Shown one piece after another: positions 28,347 to 37,829 of a DNA stretch of 64,000 nt. The position numbers and the translations under genes were made by a program. Origin of the DNA: Planctomycetota bacterium (GTDB taxonomy: Bacteria > Planctomycetota > UBA8108 > SXIK01); the NCBI GenBank assembly GCA_965223845.1, contig CBDCXR010000004.1, forward strand, positions 5,920,001 to 5,984,000. The letters are read 5' to 3'. Within the stretch, counting starts at the first letter, position 1, and every line of letters starts with the position of its first letter. The notes under the pieces were generated by a model. The model worked only from the letters and a program-made list of their open reading frames with translations. It had not been told where the DNA came from and searched no databases.

Positions 28347-29318
28347 ATGAAGACCATTCGCCGCGACGACGCGCACAAATTCGCCTTCGACTGGCGTGAC
28401 GAGCCGCTGCTCCGTGTCGAGCCGGGCGAGAGCTTCACCGTCGAGACGGACGATGCGAGCAGCGGCTACTTCAAGACTCCGAACGACAAGGCGATCCCCG
28501 CGCGGCGTCCCGGATTCGATCGAGTTCCGCCGCTCGCAAATCCCATCGCCGGTCCGGTGTGGGTCGAAGGCGCCGAACGCGGCGATGTTCTCGTGGTCGA
28601 GATCGAGGACATCGAGGTCGACGACTATTCCTGGGTCGCGGTCGGACCGGGACGCGGACCGCTCGGCGAATCGTCGCGCTATCCCGAGGTTTCGGGCGAG
28701 TACACGACGAAGATCTTCCGCCACTCACCCGGACCGAGCGGGACGACGCGCGATGGGACGCTCAACTTCTCCGACCGCGTGTCGTGGCCGATCACTCCCT
28801 TCGTCGGGACGCTCGGCGTCGCACCCGACCGTGAGGTCGCGACGAGCATCGACGGCCAGGGCGTGTGGGGCGGGAATCTCGACATCCGCGACTTCGCGCG
28901 CGGGAACCGCATCTCTCTTCCGGTCTTCCACCCCGGTGCGCTCTTCTACATCGGCGATGTGCACGCAAGCCAAGGGGATACCGAGTTCACGGGCACTGCG
29001 GCGGAGACGAAGTCGACGCTCCGGCTGAAGCTCGATCTAGAAAAACAGAAGCAGCTCCGTTCGATTCGGATCGAAAAACCCGATGCGATCATCAGCGTCT
29101 GGGCGGAGCGCCCGCTCGAAGCCGCCGTCGAACGGGCGACGATCGAGCTGATCGACTGGCTCGCCTCGGACTTCGGGTTCACCGCGACCGACGCGTACTG
29201 TCTTGTGAGCACTTGTCCGGACTTTCGGATCAACGTCTACCAGATGGTAAAGATCGGAAAGCTGAGCTTCGTGGCGGGGGCGGAGATCCCGCGGCGGTTT
29301 GTCTCGGGCGGTGGATGA
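28347..29318 (+). CDS. Acetamidase/formamidase family protein
   Basis: NPIAGPVWVEGAERGD, PFVGTLGVAP, GGNLD, GDVHASQGDTE. Confidence 0.9.
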   Translation: MKTIRRDDAHKFAFDWRDEPLLRVEPGESFTVETDDASSGYFKTPNDKAIPARRPGFDRVPPLANPIAGPVWVEGAERGDVLVVEIEDIEVDDYSWVAVGPGRGPLGESSRYPEVSGEYTTKIFRHSPGPSGTTRDGTLNFSDRVSWPITPFVGTLGVAPDREVATSIDGQGVWGGNLDIRDFARGNRISLPVFHPGALFYIGDVHASQGDTEFTGTAAETKSTLRLKLDLEKQKQLRSIRIEKPDAIISVWAERPLEAAVERATIELIDWLASDFGFTATDAYCLVSTCPDFRINVYQMVKIGKLSFVAGAEIPRRFVSGGG

Positions 29319-29324
29319 TTCTGG

Positions 29325-29613
29325 AAGAGCTTCACACGAAGGGCGCGAAGAGGACGCGAAGGAAGACGAAGGGAAGAGGAATAGAGGAGAGTGGAGTGAA
29401 GAGGGGGAGAGTCAGTGGGAGTGACTAGCCGCTCACGTCGATCAGACTTTCATTCGCCGGGTTCACCAACCTCGAGCAGCGACGCAGTCTGGTACCATGT
29501 CGCGTAGCGGTGAATGAGATCTCTACTCTCCTTCCCACCTACTATTTCTATTCTTCCTTCGTCTTCCTTCGTCTTCCTTCGCGTCCTCTTCGCGACCTTC
29601 GTGTGAACCTCTT
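29325..29613. repeat. REP/MITE-like element with 48-nt terminal inverted repeats (29325-29372 and 29566-29613)
   Basis: Arms aagag(c/g)ttcacacgaagg(g/t)cgcgaagaggacgcgaaggaagacgaagg, 2 mismatches. Confidence 0.85.
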
Positions 29614-29634
29614 TTCCTTGCTATTGAGTGATCC

Positions 29635-30903
29635 ATGATTCAATCGAAATTTCCTTACACGGCAGCCCTCTCGCTCTTTGTGACGGTTCAAGTGTCCGCC
29701 GCCGAGAACTGGCCCGAGTTTCGTGGCCCCACCGGCCAGGGGCACGCGTCGTCCGAGCTTCCCGTGAGCTGGACGAACAAGAGAAACGTCAAATGGAAGA
29801 AAGAGCTTCCCGGGCTCGGCTGGTCGTCTCCCATCTACTGGGAAGGGCGGCTTTATCTAACGACGGCCGTCCCCACGCGCGGAGGATCTCAGGGCGACCA
29901 ATCCCTCCGCGCGCTCGCGGTCGACGCGACGATGGGCGACATCCTCTGGGACAAAGAAGTCTTCCAGCAACCCGCGGGCGCGGGCGGTGCGATCCACGGG
30001 AAGAATAGCCACGCGAGCTCGACGCCGATCACCGACGGCAAGTTTCTCTACGTTCACTTCGGGACGCACGGAACGGCGTGCCTCGATCTCGACGGGAAGG
30101 TCGTCTGGCGGAACCAGAAGCTCCGCTACAAGCCCGTCCACGGAAACGGCGGCTCGCCGGCGTTTGTCGGAGACGCGATCGTCGTGAGCTGCGACGGGGC
30201 CGACGAGCGGTTCGTCGTCGCCCTCTACCGTAAGAACGGGAAAGAAAAGTGGCGCACGGATCGCCGCCCGTTCAACGGTCGCGGCTTTTCCTTCTCAACT
30301 CCTCTCGTCATCCGCGTCGGCGGAAAAGACCAAGTCGTGAGCGCGGGCTCGGGCGGCGTCTCGGCGTTCGATCCCGAAGACGGCACGGAGATCTGGCACG
30401 TCCGCTACGGTAAGGGCTATTCCGTAGTCCCGCGCCCCGTTTACGGACACGGGCTCGTCTTCGTCGGGAGCGGCTACGATAAGCCCGTTCTCTACGCGAT
30501 CGATCCGACCGGGTCGGGCGACGTGACGGACACCCACGTCCGCTGGACGCTCAAGCGCGGCGTGCCGCACAACCCGTCCCCGCTTCTCGTCGACAATGAA
30601 CTCTACGTCGTGAGCGATAACGGCATCGCGCGCTGTCTCGACGCGAAGTCGGGGAGCGTCGTCTGGCAGAACCGCCTCGGCGGAAACTACTCCTCGTCGC
30701 CGATCTACGCCGGTGGAAGGATCTACTTCCAAAGCGAAAACGGCGGCGGCACGGTGATCGAAGCGGGACGAAAGTTCCGACTGCTCGCGAAGAATCCGCT
30801 CAGCGAGCGAACGCTCGCTTCGTACGCCGCGGGGGACGGCGCGCTCTTCATTCGGGGGAAGGAGCGGCTGTATCGGGTTGGGGGGGAGACGCCGCGGAAA
30901 TAG
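29635..30903 (+). CDS. PQQ-binding-like beta-propeller repeat protein (planctomycete type)
   Basis: Signal peptide, ENWPEFRGP, GWSSP, ASSTP, FSTP, YSSSP. Confidence 0.9.
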   Translation: MIQSKFPYTAALSLFVTVQVSAAENWPEFRGPTGQGHASSELPVSWTNKRNVKWKKELPGLGWSSPIYWEGRLYLTTAVPTRGGSQGDQSLRALAVDATMGDILWDKEVFQQPAGAGGAIHGKNSHASSTPITDGKFLYVHFGTHGTACLDLDGKVVWRNQKLRYKPVHGNGGSPAFVGDAIVVSCDGADERFVVALYRKNGKEKWRTDRRPFNGRGFSFSTPLVIRVGGKDQVVSAGSGGVSAFDPEDGTEIWHVRYGKGYSVVPRPVYGHGLVFVGSGYDKPVLYAIDPTGSGDVTDTHVRWTLKRGVPHNPSPLLVDNELYVVSDNGIARCLDAKSGSVVWQNRLGGNYSSSPIYAGGRIYFQSENGGGTVIEAGRKFRLLAKNPLSERTLASYAAGDGALFIRGKERLYRVGGETPRK

Positions 30904-31215
30904 GCACTGCGTCGGTTGAAATGCAGGCTTGCAGTTTCCCGCGGTCGGAACGAGCGCGCTACTCGCCTCTCGCGGTCTCTCCGTCCACGAGGGTGAGGAT
31001 GTGAACGCGGCCAGCGATCGTACCCAGAACGAATTGATCGCGAGCGGTGGCACAAGATACGACCGATTCGTACCGCCAAGGCGCGTGCCGTGACGGGCGC
31101 CTTTGAGTTCACCTTGAGTCGAACCGACCGCAGAAACTTCGGTTAACGTCGAGCCACCTACTCGGTTAGGTATGAGCCGGCCGAGTGATCATTGGGTTGG
31201 TTACCGTGGACCGCC

Positions 31216-31533
31216 ATGGAAGAAGACGCACCGGGACGCCGAGTCCTCGACGACGAGCAGCGCGGAACTCTTCGGATGGTCGTATGGTCCCTCGCCGCCT
31301 GGCCGGTCTTAGTCGCCGCGTTTCTCCAGCTTCTCACGGGAGAGATGGGATCTCACGCTGCTCCCGCCTTCTTGTTACTCACCGGCTTCGCCTTCGTCGG
31401 GAACGTGATCTACAGCCTGGTCGGAGTCGTCGATGGGATCTTGCGACCCGATCGTCGCCTCTGGCCGATCCTGGAGCCGGTCGCGATTCCCCTCGTCACG
31501 TGGTCACTCGCGGTTCTTCTTATGATCGCGTGA
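31216..31533 (+). CDS. Small membrane protein, paralog 1 of a tandem triplet
   Basis: Three hydrophobic segments; WSLAAWP...DRRLWPILEPVAIPLVTWSLAV. Confidence 0.7.
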   Translation: MEEDAPGRRVLDDEQRGTLRMVVWSLAAWPVLVAAFLQLLTGEMGSHAAPAFLLLTGFAFVGNVIYSLVGVVDGILRPDRRLWPILEPVAIPLVTWSLAVLLMIA

Positions 31534-31561
31534 TCGATTCGCACGCGGGCATGAAGACGAC

Positions 31562-31861
31562 ATGTCACTTCAAGAAAACATCCTCTCGATGACTCTGCGC
31601 GCGATCATTTGGTGCTTTGCGGCCTGGCCGCTGTTTTTGGTCGCGTACCTCTGGCAACCACCGAGCTCTGGGTACGGGGCGGGCGGAGAAGCCGGTCTGC
31701 TCGTGGCAGCTAGTGTGTTCGCCTTGCTCGGAAACGCGTTCTTCGGCCTCCTCGGCGTGCTGGACGGAATCGGTCAGCCCCAACTCCGGTTGCGGCGAAT
31801 CCTCGAGCCGCTCGCGATTCCACTCGTCACGTGGTCGCTCGCGGTTGTCCTCTTGACCTAG
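31562..31861 (+). CDS. Small membrane protein, paralog 2 of a tandem triplet
   Basis: WCFAAWP...LRLRRILEPLAIPLVTWSLAV. Confidence 0.7.
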   Translation: MSLQENILSMTLRAIIWCFAAWPLFLVAYLWQPPSSGYGAGGEAGLLVAASVFALLGNAFFGLLGVLDGIGQPQLRLRRILEPLAIPLVTWSLAVVLLT

Positions 31862-31929
31862 ACCATCTAGGACGCGAACACGCGCCCGGCGCCGATTCGC
31901 CCGGTCTCAGAAACGACGGGAGACCCGCG

Positions 31930-32226
31930 ATGCGCAGCACGAACTCAAACGACGTAGAACCCGCTCGCGAGCTCGTGCGTTGGTGTTCCGCCTGGCCGGT
32001 CCTCTCGGGTGTACAAACCTGGTTGAGCGACACCGGATCCTTGCCGGCCGAACCGGCAAGTTTCGTATGGGGAATCTCGCCCGTCTTACTCTTCTTCTCG
32101 CTCATCGCGAGCTCGATCGCCGTCTCTGGGGCGATGGGTCAACTCGACCGCCGGCTCTGGCCGATTCTCGAACCCATCGCGCTCCCGGTCTCCTCCTGGT
32201 CGCTCGGCCTCGCATTCAGCCTGTAG
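31930..32226 (+). CDS. Small membrane protein, paralog 3 of a tandem triplet
   Basis: WCSAWP...DRRLWPILEPIALPVSSWSLG. Confidence 0.65.
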   Translation: MRSTNSNDVEPARELVRWCSAWPVLSGVQTWLSDTGSLPAEPASFVWGISPVLLFFSLIASSIAVSGAMGQLDRRLWPILEPIALPVSSWSLGLAFSL

Positions 32227-32282
32227 ACGCGATCGCTATCTCCCTACCCACCTCCATCTCTCCATCTCTCTATCTTCTCTGA

Positions 32283-32333
32283 CCTTCGTCTTCCTTCGCG
32301 GACCCCTTCGCGACCTTCGTGTGAAATCTCTTT
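32283..32333 (-). repeat. Solo copy of the CACACGAAGGTCGCGAAG REP-like repeat
   Basis: Minus strand aagagatttcacacgaaggtcgcgaaggggtccgcgaaggaagacgaagg, between convergent genes. Confidence 0.8.
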
Positions 32334-32361
32334 TCCCAGCTCTCTGGGTTCGCCCGAGCGC

Positions 32362-33675
32362 CTACCCGGCGACCAAGAGCTCCTTCGGCAGCTTCCACTC
32401 CCCGCGGTACGGCCGGTGCAGCATCCGGTCGGCTTCCTGGTCGTCGACGAAGCGCTCCGTTTCCGGATTCCACCGGAGCTTCCGCCCGCAGCGAATCGCA
32501 ATGTTTCCGAGGTGACACACCGAGGAGCTCCGGTGCCCGATCTCGACGTCGCAGATCGGGAGCTCGCGCGAGCGAAGGCACTCGAGCCAGTTCTTTTGGT
32601 GATTCCGGCTGTCGTAGAGCTTCACGTCGCCCGGCTTCACCGGCGACTTAGCGATCTCGCCCGGGTCGCTGCTCAGGTGGCCGCGGTTGACGTGGATCTT
32701 TCCCTTTTTGCCGATGAAGGTCGTGCCGCTCCGGATCCCCATCGCGCAGCGAAGTTTCACGCCGCCTGCGTAGGTGTAATCGACCGCGAAGTGCATCGGC
32801 ACTTCGTACCAGCCCTCGGGGTGGAACTTCGCCTGCCCTTCGATTTCGACCGGGCCGGAGTTGTCCGCACCGAGACCCCACTGCGCGATGTCGAGGTGGT
32901 GCGCGCCCCAGTTGGTGATCTGCCCGCCGGAGTACGCCCAGAAGAAACGGAAGTTGTAGTGAACTTCCTTCACGTTGTAGGGGCGGGCGGGAGCCGGCCC
33001 GAGCCAGAAGTCGTAGTCGAGGTGAGCGGGCGGTTCCGAATCCGCTACGGCTGGGCCCTTGAAGTTGACGCCGGGGATACCGACCTCGACGCGCTCGAGA
33101 TCGCCGATGTACCCGGAGCGGACGAGCTCGCAGGCGCGCCGGAAGTTATTCGCCGAGCGCTGCTGCGAACCGTTCTGCACGATGCGTTTGTACCGCCGGG
33201 CGGCGTTCACCATCGCGCGGCCTTCGGCGACGGTGAGCGTCATCGGCTTCTCGACGTAAACGTCCTTTCCGACTTCGCAGGCGTGGATCGACGGCAGCGC
33301 GTGCCAGTGGTCGGGCGTTCCGATCACGACCGCGTCGATGTCCTTCCGCTCGATGATCCGCCGGTAGTCGTTGTACGCGTCGGCCTTGCGATCGTCCGTC
33401 GAAGCGCTCTTCTGAGCTTTCGCACGGCGTTCGCCATCGACGTCGCAGACGGCGAGCGGAACGCATTCGGACATTCCCTTGAAGCCGCGGAGAAGTGAGC
33501 TTCCCCGCCCCCCGAGGCCGATGTGTCCGAGAGCGATGCGATCGTTCGCGCCGAGGACGCGTCCGGCGGAAACAAACGGTGCGGCGATCGCGACCGCCGC
33601 CGTGCCCGAGGTGCGCGCCAGAAAGCTCCGGCGAGAGAGGTTTCTACGATCGGTTTCGTTCGCGCTGCGAGACAT
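32362..33675 (-). CDS. Tat-exported Gfo/Idh/MocA family oxidoreductase
   Basis: SRRSFL Tat motif; IGLGGRG, GTPDHWH, DVYVEKP, GSQQRS, WGAHHLD. Confidence 0.9.
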   Translation of the reverse strand: MSRSANETDRRNLSRRSFLARTSGTAAVAIAAPFVSAGRVLGANDRIALGHIGLGGRGSSLLRGFKGMSECVPLAVCDVDGERRAKAQKSASTDDRKADAYNDYRRIIERKDIDAVVIGTPDHWHALPSIHACEVGKDVYVEKPMTLTVAEGRAMVNAARRYKRIVQNGSQQRSANNFRRACELVRSGYIGDLERVEVGIPGVNFKGPAVADSEPPAHLDYDFWLGPAPARPYNVKEVHYNFRFFWAYSGGQITNWGAHHLDIAQWGLGADNSGPVEIEGQAKFHPEGWYEVPMHFAVDYTYAGGVKLRCAMGIRSGTTFIGKKGKIHVNRGHLSSDPGEIAKSPVKPGDVKLYDSRNHQKNWLECLRSRELPICDVEIGHRSSSVCHLGNIAIRCGRKLRWNPETERFVDDQEADRMLHRPYRGEWKLPKELLVAG

Positions 33676-33883
33676 GAGGCCTCCGGGGAAGATTCGGTTC
33701 GGCGTGGGGGCATCCGCGTCCGTCCGATGCCGCCCAGATCTTCGCAGTGTAGCAGACGCAGAGCTTCTGCGCGGTGCGCGTTTCGCGACTCGGAGAGCTC
33801 TCGCCGCGCCGGCGCGCGCATTTTCCGCTGGAGCCCGAACGAAATCCGAATCGCTAGCCGCGCAGGGAGCCGACGATGGGACG

Positions 33884-34558
33884 TCAGTCGCGTGGAGGCG
33901 CGCGTTCAGCGGCTTCTCCGGGCGAACGCGCGCGAGCGCGAAGCATGCGACCCGCGATCGTCCACAGGACAACCGGCAGCGCCGCGCTGAGCGCGACCGC
34001 GAGCAGCGGACGGTCTCGACCCGAAGCGCCGACCGCCGCGAACACGAAGCCGAGCGGCGCTGAGCCGCATGCGAGCGCGACGTAGAACCGCCGCGCGGGC
34101 ATGCGCGCGAGTCCGGCGAACGCGGCAACGACCTCGGGGAAAACGGGCAGCCAACGCGACAGAACGACCGCCCAGCCGCCCCCCGCCCGCGCGAAAAAAA
34201 TCTCGCTTCGCTCGAGGTCCCGCTTTCCGGCGATCCATTCAGCGGCGGGGCGTCCCAAGCGACGACAGACGCCGTACGCGACGGCGCCGGAGAGGATCGA
34301 ACCGCCCGCGGAAACTAGTCCGCCCACGACGAAGCCGTACACCGCACCGGTCGCAGCCATCACTGCCGTCCCGGGGATCGGAAGTGCAATGTCGGAGACG
34401 AGGAGAGCGATCGCCGCGCTCCACGCCCACGCACGGTTCTCTTCCATCCACGCAGCGGCGCTCTCGGTCGAAAACGCCGCCTCGAACGCCTCGCCCCAGA
34501 TCAGAAAGGGAACGACGACGAGTGCGGCGAGAACCAAGACGACGACGAGGAGACGCAT
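33884..34558 (-). CDS. VTT-domain (DedA/TVP38) membrane protein
   Basis: DIALPIPGT, GAVYG, SRWLPVFPEV; multiple TM segments. Confidence 0.85.
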   Translation of the reverse strand: MRLLVVVLVLAALVVVPFLIWGEAFEAAFSTESAAAWMEENRAWAWSAAIALLVSDIALPIPGTAVMAATGAVYGFVVGGLVSAGGSILSGAVAYGVCRRLGRPAAEWIAGKRDLERSEIFFARAGGGWAVVLSRWLPVFPEVVAAFAGLARMPARRFYVALACGSAPLGFVFAAVGASGRDRPLLAVALSAALPVVLWTIAGRMLRARARSPGEAAERAPPRD

Positions 34559-34735
34559 TCGATCGAAATCCCGGAGAGAGGGGGACGAGCATTGTGGTGG
34601 ACGGAACCCGCCCCGCCCAGGCCTTTTCGTTCCGACGAGGGTGCGGCCCCGGTAAGATGGCTTCCCGTCGTATCCCCTTCTTCTCCGACGTGAAGAATTC
34701 GGCGGCTGTTCGCCGCGAGCATCGGATCTCGAAAC

Positions 34736-35569
34736 ATGCACGCAATTCGCACGCGACGCTGTATCGCGGGGTGGTCGTTCGGGGTTTTTCTAGTCCTCTC
34801 GGGCGTGACGATCATCGCGCAAGACCACTTTCGCGTCCCGGACGTCTTCGCAAGCGCCGGCGGCACGGCGACGTTCGACGTCGAGTGCGAGCACTCCGTC
34901 AGCTTGATCGCCTTCAGTGTGAGCCTCGCCTACGAGGCGGCAGACCTCACCGTCGAGGCGATCCGCCTCGGACCCGACGTCGCGACGTTCGAGTTCTTCA
35001 GGGGGTGGCACGACCCCGCGGCAGGGGAGATCGCGTACGGAGGAGTCTCTTCGCTCGACGGCGATGTGTCGGTGGCGCTATCGGCCGGAAACCACGTGGT
35101 GATGCAGGTCGATTTTCAGCTTCTGCCGGATGCGACGCTGCCATCGCCGCTCAGCTTCGTCGACGGGTTCGGCGACGATATTCCCGTGAACAATGTCTTC
35201 ACGAATCTCTCCGGGCGCTCCGTCATCCCCGAGTTCGAATCGGGCCTCGTTCACGAGACCATCGTCGATCAGCCGATGTTCCACCGCGCCGACGCGAACG
35301 CAGACGGCGGCTACGATCTCTCCGATCCGATCTTTCTTCTCAACTATCTGTTCGCCGAGCAGAACGAAGAGCCGCCGTGTCTCGAGGCGGCAGATGTGAA
35401 CAACAGCGGCGGGCTCGACATCTCCGATCCGATCGCGGCGCTCAACCATCTCTTCGGCTCGGGGGACGAACCACCGCCTCCGGGTCCACCGCCCGCGCCG
35501 TGCGGTGCCGATCCCGATCCGGTGGGGTCGCCGGGCGATTTGGGATGTCTGGCGTACGACGCTTGCTAG
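34736..35569 (+). CDS. Secreted cohesin-like plus dockerin-like two-domain protein (adaptor-scaffoldin-like)
   Basis: Signal peptide; beta domain with LIAFSVSLAYE; tail FHRADANADGGYDLSD...CLEAADVNNSGGLDISD. Confidence 0.75.
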   Translation: MHAIRTRRCIAGWSFGVFLVLSGVTIIAQDHFRVPDVFASAGGTATFDVECEHSVSLIAFSVSLAYEAADLTVEAIRLGPDVATFEFFRGWHDPAAGEIAYGGVSSLDGDVSVALSAGNHVVMQVDFQLLPDATLPSPLSFVDGFGDDIPVNNVFTNLSGRSVIPEFESGLVHETIVDQPMFHRADANADGGYDLSDPIFLLNYLFAEQNEEPPCLEAADVNNSGGLDISDPIAALNHLFGSGDEPPPPGPPPAPCGADPDPVGSPGDLGCLAYDAC

Positions 35570-35587
35570 CGTGCGCGTGCTTGAGAG

Positions 35588-35756
35588 AAGAGATTCACAC
35601 GAAGGTCGCGAAGGGCCGCGAAGACAGACGAAGGAAAGAATATAGGAGAACGGGCGAGAGACATTCGGATTCGAACGTCGCGATGGATCTCTAAACCATC
35701 GATCCATTTCTCCTCTTTCTTCGTCTGTCTTCGCGGCCCTTCGCGATCTTCGTGTT
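35588..35756. repeat. Second REP/MITE-like inverted pair of the CACGAAG family
   Basis: Arms acacgaag(g/a)tcgcgaagggccgcgaagacagacgaag, 37 nt with 1 mismatch. Confidence 0.85.
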
Positions 35757-35815
35757 CAATTTTGATCCCCGAGATTCTCTAGAGATTCTCGGACGTTCAT
35801 CCGACTAGAAGGAGC

Positions 35816-36631
35816 ATGACGCCGCAGACATCCGAGGAATCTCAGCGCTCAGACCTCGCCGCCGGGAAGCGCCTCATCTTCGCGCTCACGACCGGTCGGA
35901 GCGGAACGGGTTACCTCGCGTCCGTGTTCCGTGAGCTTCCCGGTGTCCGCGCTGAACACGAGCCCGAGCCGAAGTTCAGCGACGTTTTGCGGGACATTCA
36001 GTCGGATCCCGAAGTCGCGCGGACCTTCTGGCTCGAGCGGAAGCTTCCGGCGATTCGCCGAGTCGCGGAGTCCATCTACATCGAGACGAGCCACTGCTTC
36101 TCGAAGGGCTTCCTCGACCCGCTCCTCGAGCTCGGAGTCGTCCCCGACGCGATTGTCCTTCGGCGGAGCCACCGCGCGGTGGCGTCGAGTCTCGCTCGGC
36201 TCGAGACAGTGCCCGGTCGGACGCCGCGCGGTGTTCGATTCCTCGTTGCGCCGACCGATCCCGGCGTCCTCGAGCTTCCGGATTGGGAGGAGCTCGACGA
36301 CTACCAACTCTGCTACTGGTACTGCCTCGAGATCGAGCGCCGCACGCGTGAGGCCGTCCACCGGATCGAATCACGCGGCGGTCGCGTCGCCGGAGTGGAG
36401 TTCGACGCACTGATTCGAGGTCCGGGATGGTCGAAGCTCGTCGCTGAGCTCGGCCTCCCCGCTCTTCGCGGTCTCGCGCGGTGGCGCGCCGCACTTCGTC
36501 GCCTCCGGCCCGTCAATCGAAAGCGCGCCGACAAGGAGCGCGCGGCGATTTTCCTCCCTGAAGATCTCGCCGAGCGCGAGCGCGTCGTCGAGGAGCGGGT
36601 CGGACGCTCGGAGCCGGTCGAGACGCAGTAG
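35816..36631 (+). CDS. Sulfotransferase-like P-loop protein
   Basis: AGGAG RBS; TTGRSGT PAPS-binding loop, HEP, LRRSHRAVASSL. Confidence 0.7.
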   Translation: MTPQTSEESQRSDLAAGKRLIFALTTGRSGTGYLASVFRELPGVRAEHEPEPKFSDVLRDIQSDPEVARTFWLERKLPAIRRVAESIYIETSHCFSKGFLDPLLELGVVPDAIVLRRSHRAVASSLARLETVPGRTPRGVRFLVAPTDPGVLELPDWEELDDYQLCYWYCLEIERRTREAVHRIESRGGRVAGVEFDALIRGPGWSKLVAELGLPALRGLARWRAALRRLRPVNRKRADKERAAIFLPEDLAERERVVEERVGRSEPVETQ

Positions 36632-36719
36632 CTTCCGCTTCGGTTCGAGCTCGGGTCCTGGTACCCTCGTCGCCGAGGAAACGCGGGGCTCGCACGTTCG
36701 AATGGAGGGAATCGAGCCG

Positions 36720-37712
36720 ATGCGCACCGAGATTTCGATCGTCGTCGCTTTTACCTTCGCGACCAGCGTCGTCGCCGGAGAATGGTCCTTTCGCCGCGCC
36801 GACAACGAGTCGGCGCCGCGCACTCGACCGAAAGGAGTCGAAGCCCCTGTCGCAGGCGGCGAGCGGCTCTCCGGGCTCGAGCTCGTCCAGATCGCCTACT
36901 CGGAAGCTGCGCGAGAGAACGAGGTCCTCGTCGTTTGGCAGGAAGAGACCTCGATCTCGGGCCTCGAGCTCGAGGTGCTTCGGGGCGGAGCTCCCTTCGT
37001 TCGCGGCGTCTGCGAAGGCGGGCGCGATCGCCCGAACCTCTCGAGCGCGATCTTCGGTCTCAACTATCTCTTTGCGGACGGTCCCGAGCCGCCGTGCCCG
37101 ACCGCCTGCGACGCCGACGGCGACGGAAGCTTCAACGTCGCCGACATGGTCTACGTGCTCAACTTCCTCTTCGCGAGCGGCCCGGCTCCGGTCGGATGGC
37201 TCGGGAGCGAGCCTCGCTGCGAAGAGGCGATCCTCGAGGAGTGCGCGCAGCTCTCAGCGTGCACCCCACCGGCGAGCTTCAAGTTCGAGCTCGACGACAA
37301 CGGACAGGCCGGTCTCAACTTCGGCGTGATCACCGGCTTTCGCCCGGGGGATCACTTCATCCGCCTCGTCGACACCGAACGCGACCATACGATCGCTCTA
37401 CCGATCCGCGTCCTCCCCGAGGTGCCGTTCCCACCCGTCGAGGACCTGAAGTGCGTCGAGACGACGAACGATGCCGGTGCCTGCCTCTTCGCGCTCGAAT
37501 GGATCTCGCGCGCGCCGCTCCCCGATGTCCTCGGAATCTCGGTGAACGGCTTTCTCATCACGCCGCTCCTCGTCGAGGGCGCGAACCGGCTCGTGATCCC
37601 GAACCCACCGCCCGGATCGCTCACCATCCGCGCGCGAGGTGTGCTCACGGGACGCTTCGGTCAGTACCGCGGCCTCGGAACGAATGTGGACTGTCCGGCC
37701 GCGTGCGAGTGA
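36720..37712 (+). CDS. Secreted protein with an internal, degenerate dockerin-like module and a C-terminal FnIII-like region
   Basis: GGAGG RBS before ATG 36720; FVRGVCEGGRDRPNLSSAIFGLNYLF...CDADGDGSFNVAD; PPVEDLKC...LEW. Confidence 0.7.
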   Translation: MRTEISIVVAFTFATSVVAGEWSFRRADNESAPRTRPKGVEAPVAGGERLSGLELVQIAYSEAARENEVLVVWQEETSISGLELEVLRGGAPFVRGVCEGGRDRPNLSSAIFGLNYLFADGPEPPCPTACDADGDGSFNVADMVYVLNFLFASGPAPVGWLGSEPRCEEAILEECAQLSACTPPASFKFELDDNGQAGLNFGVITGFRPGDHFIRLVDTERDHTIALPIRVLPEVPFPPVEDLKCVETTNDAGACLFALEWISRAPLPDVLGISVNGFLITPLLVEGANRLVIPNPPPGSLTIRARGVLTGRFGQYRGLGTNVDCPAACE

Positions 37713-37788
37713 AACCGAATCGCGGCATCGCCACGCTGCCGGCTCACTCTCCACCCACCCCCTCTCTCCCTCTCTCCCTCTTTCTCTT

Positions 37789-37829
37789 CCCTTCGCCTTC
37801 TTTCGCGTCCCCTTCGTGCCCTTCGTGTT
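37789..37829 (-). repeat. Degenerate solo copy of the CACGAAG REP-like repeat
   Basis: Minus strand aacacgaagggcacgaaggggacgcgaaagaaggcgaaggg, directly at the hesA-like stop. Confidence 0.65.

Noticed and set aside
30904-31215. 312-nt intergenic region as an ncRNA or riboswitch
   Set aside because: No recognisable motif or convincing structure by eye.
29325-37829. CGAAG-rich repeats as a CRISPR array
   Set aside because: Copies are dispersed and inverted, with no regular repeat-spacer period and no cas genes.
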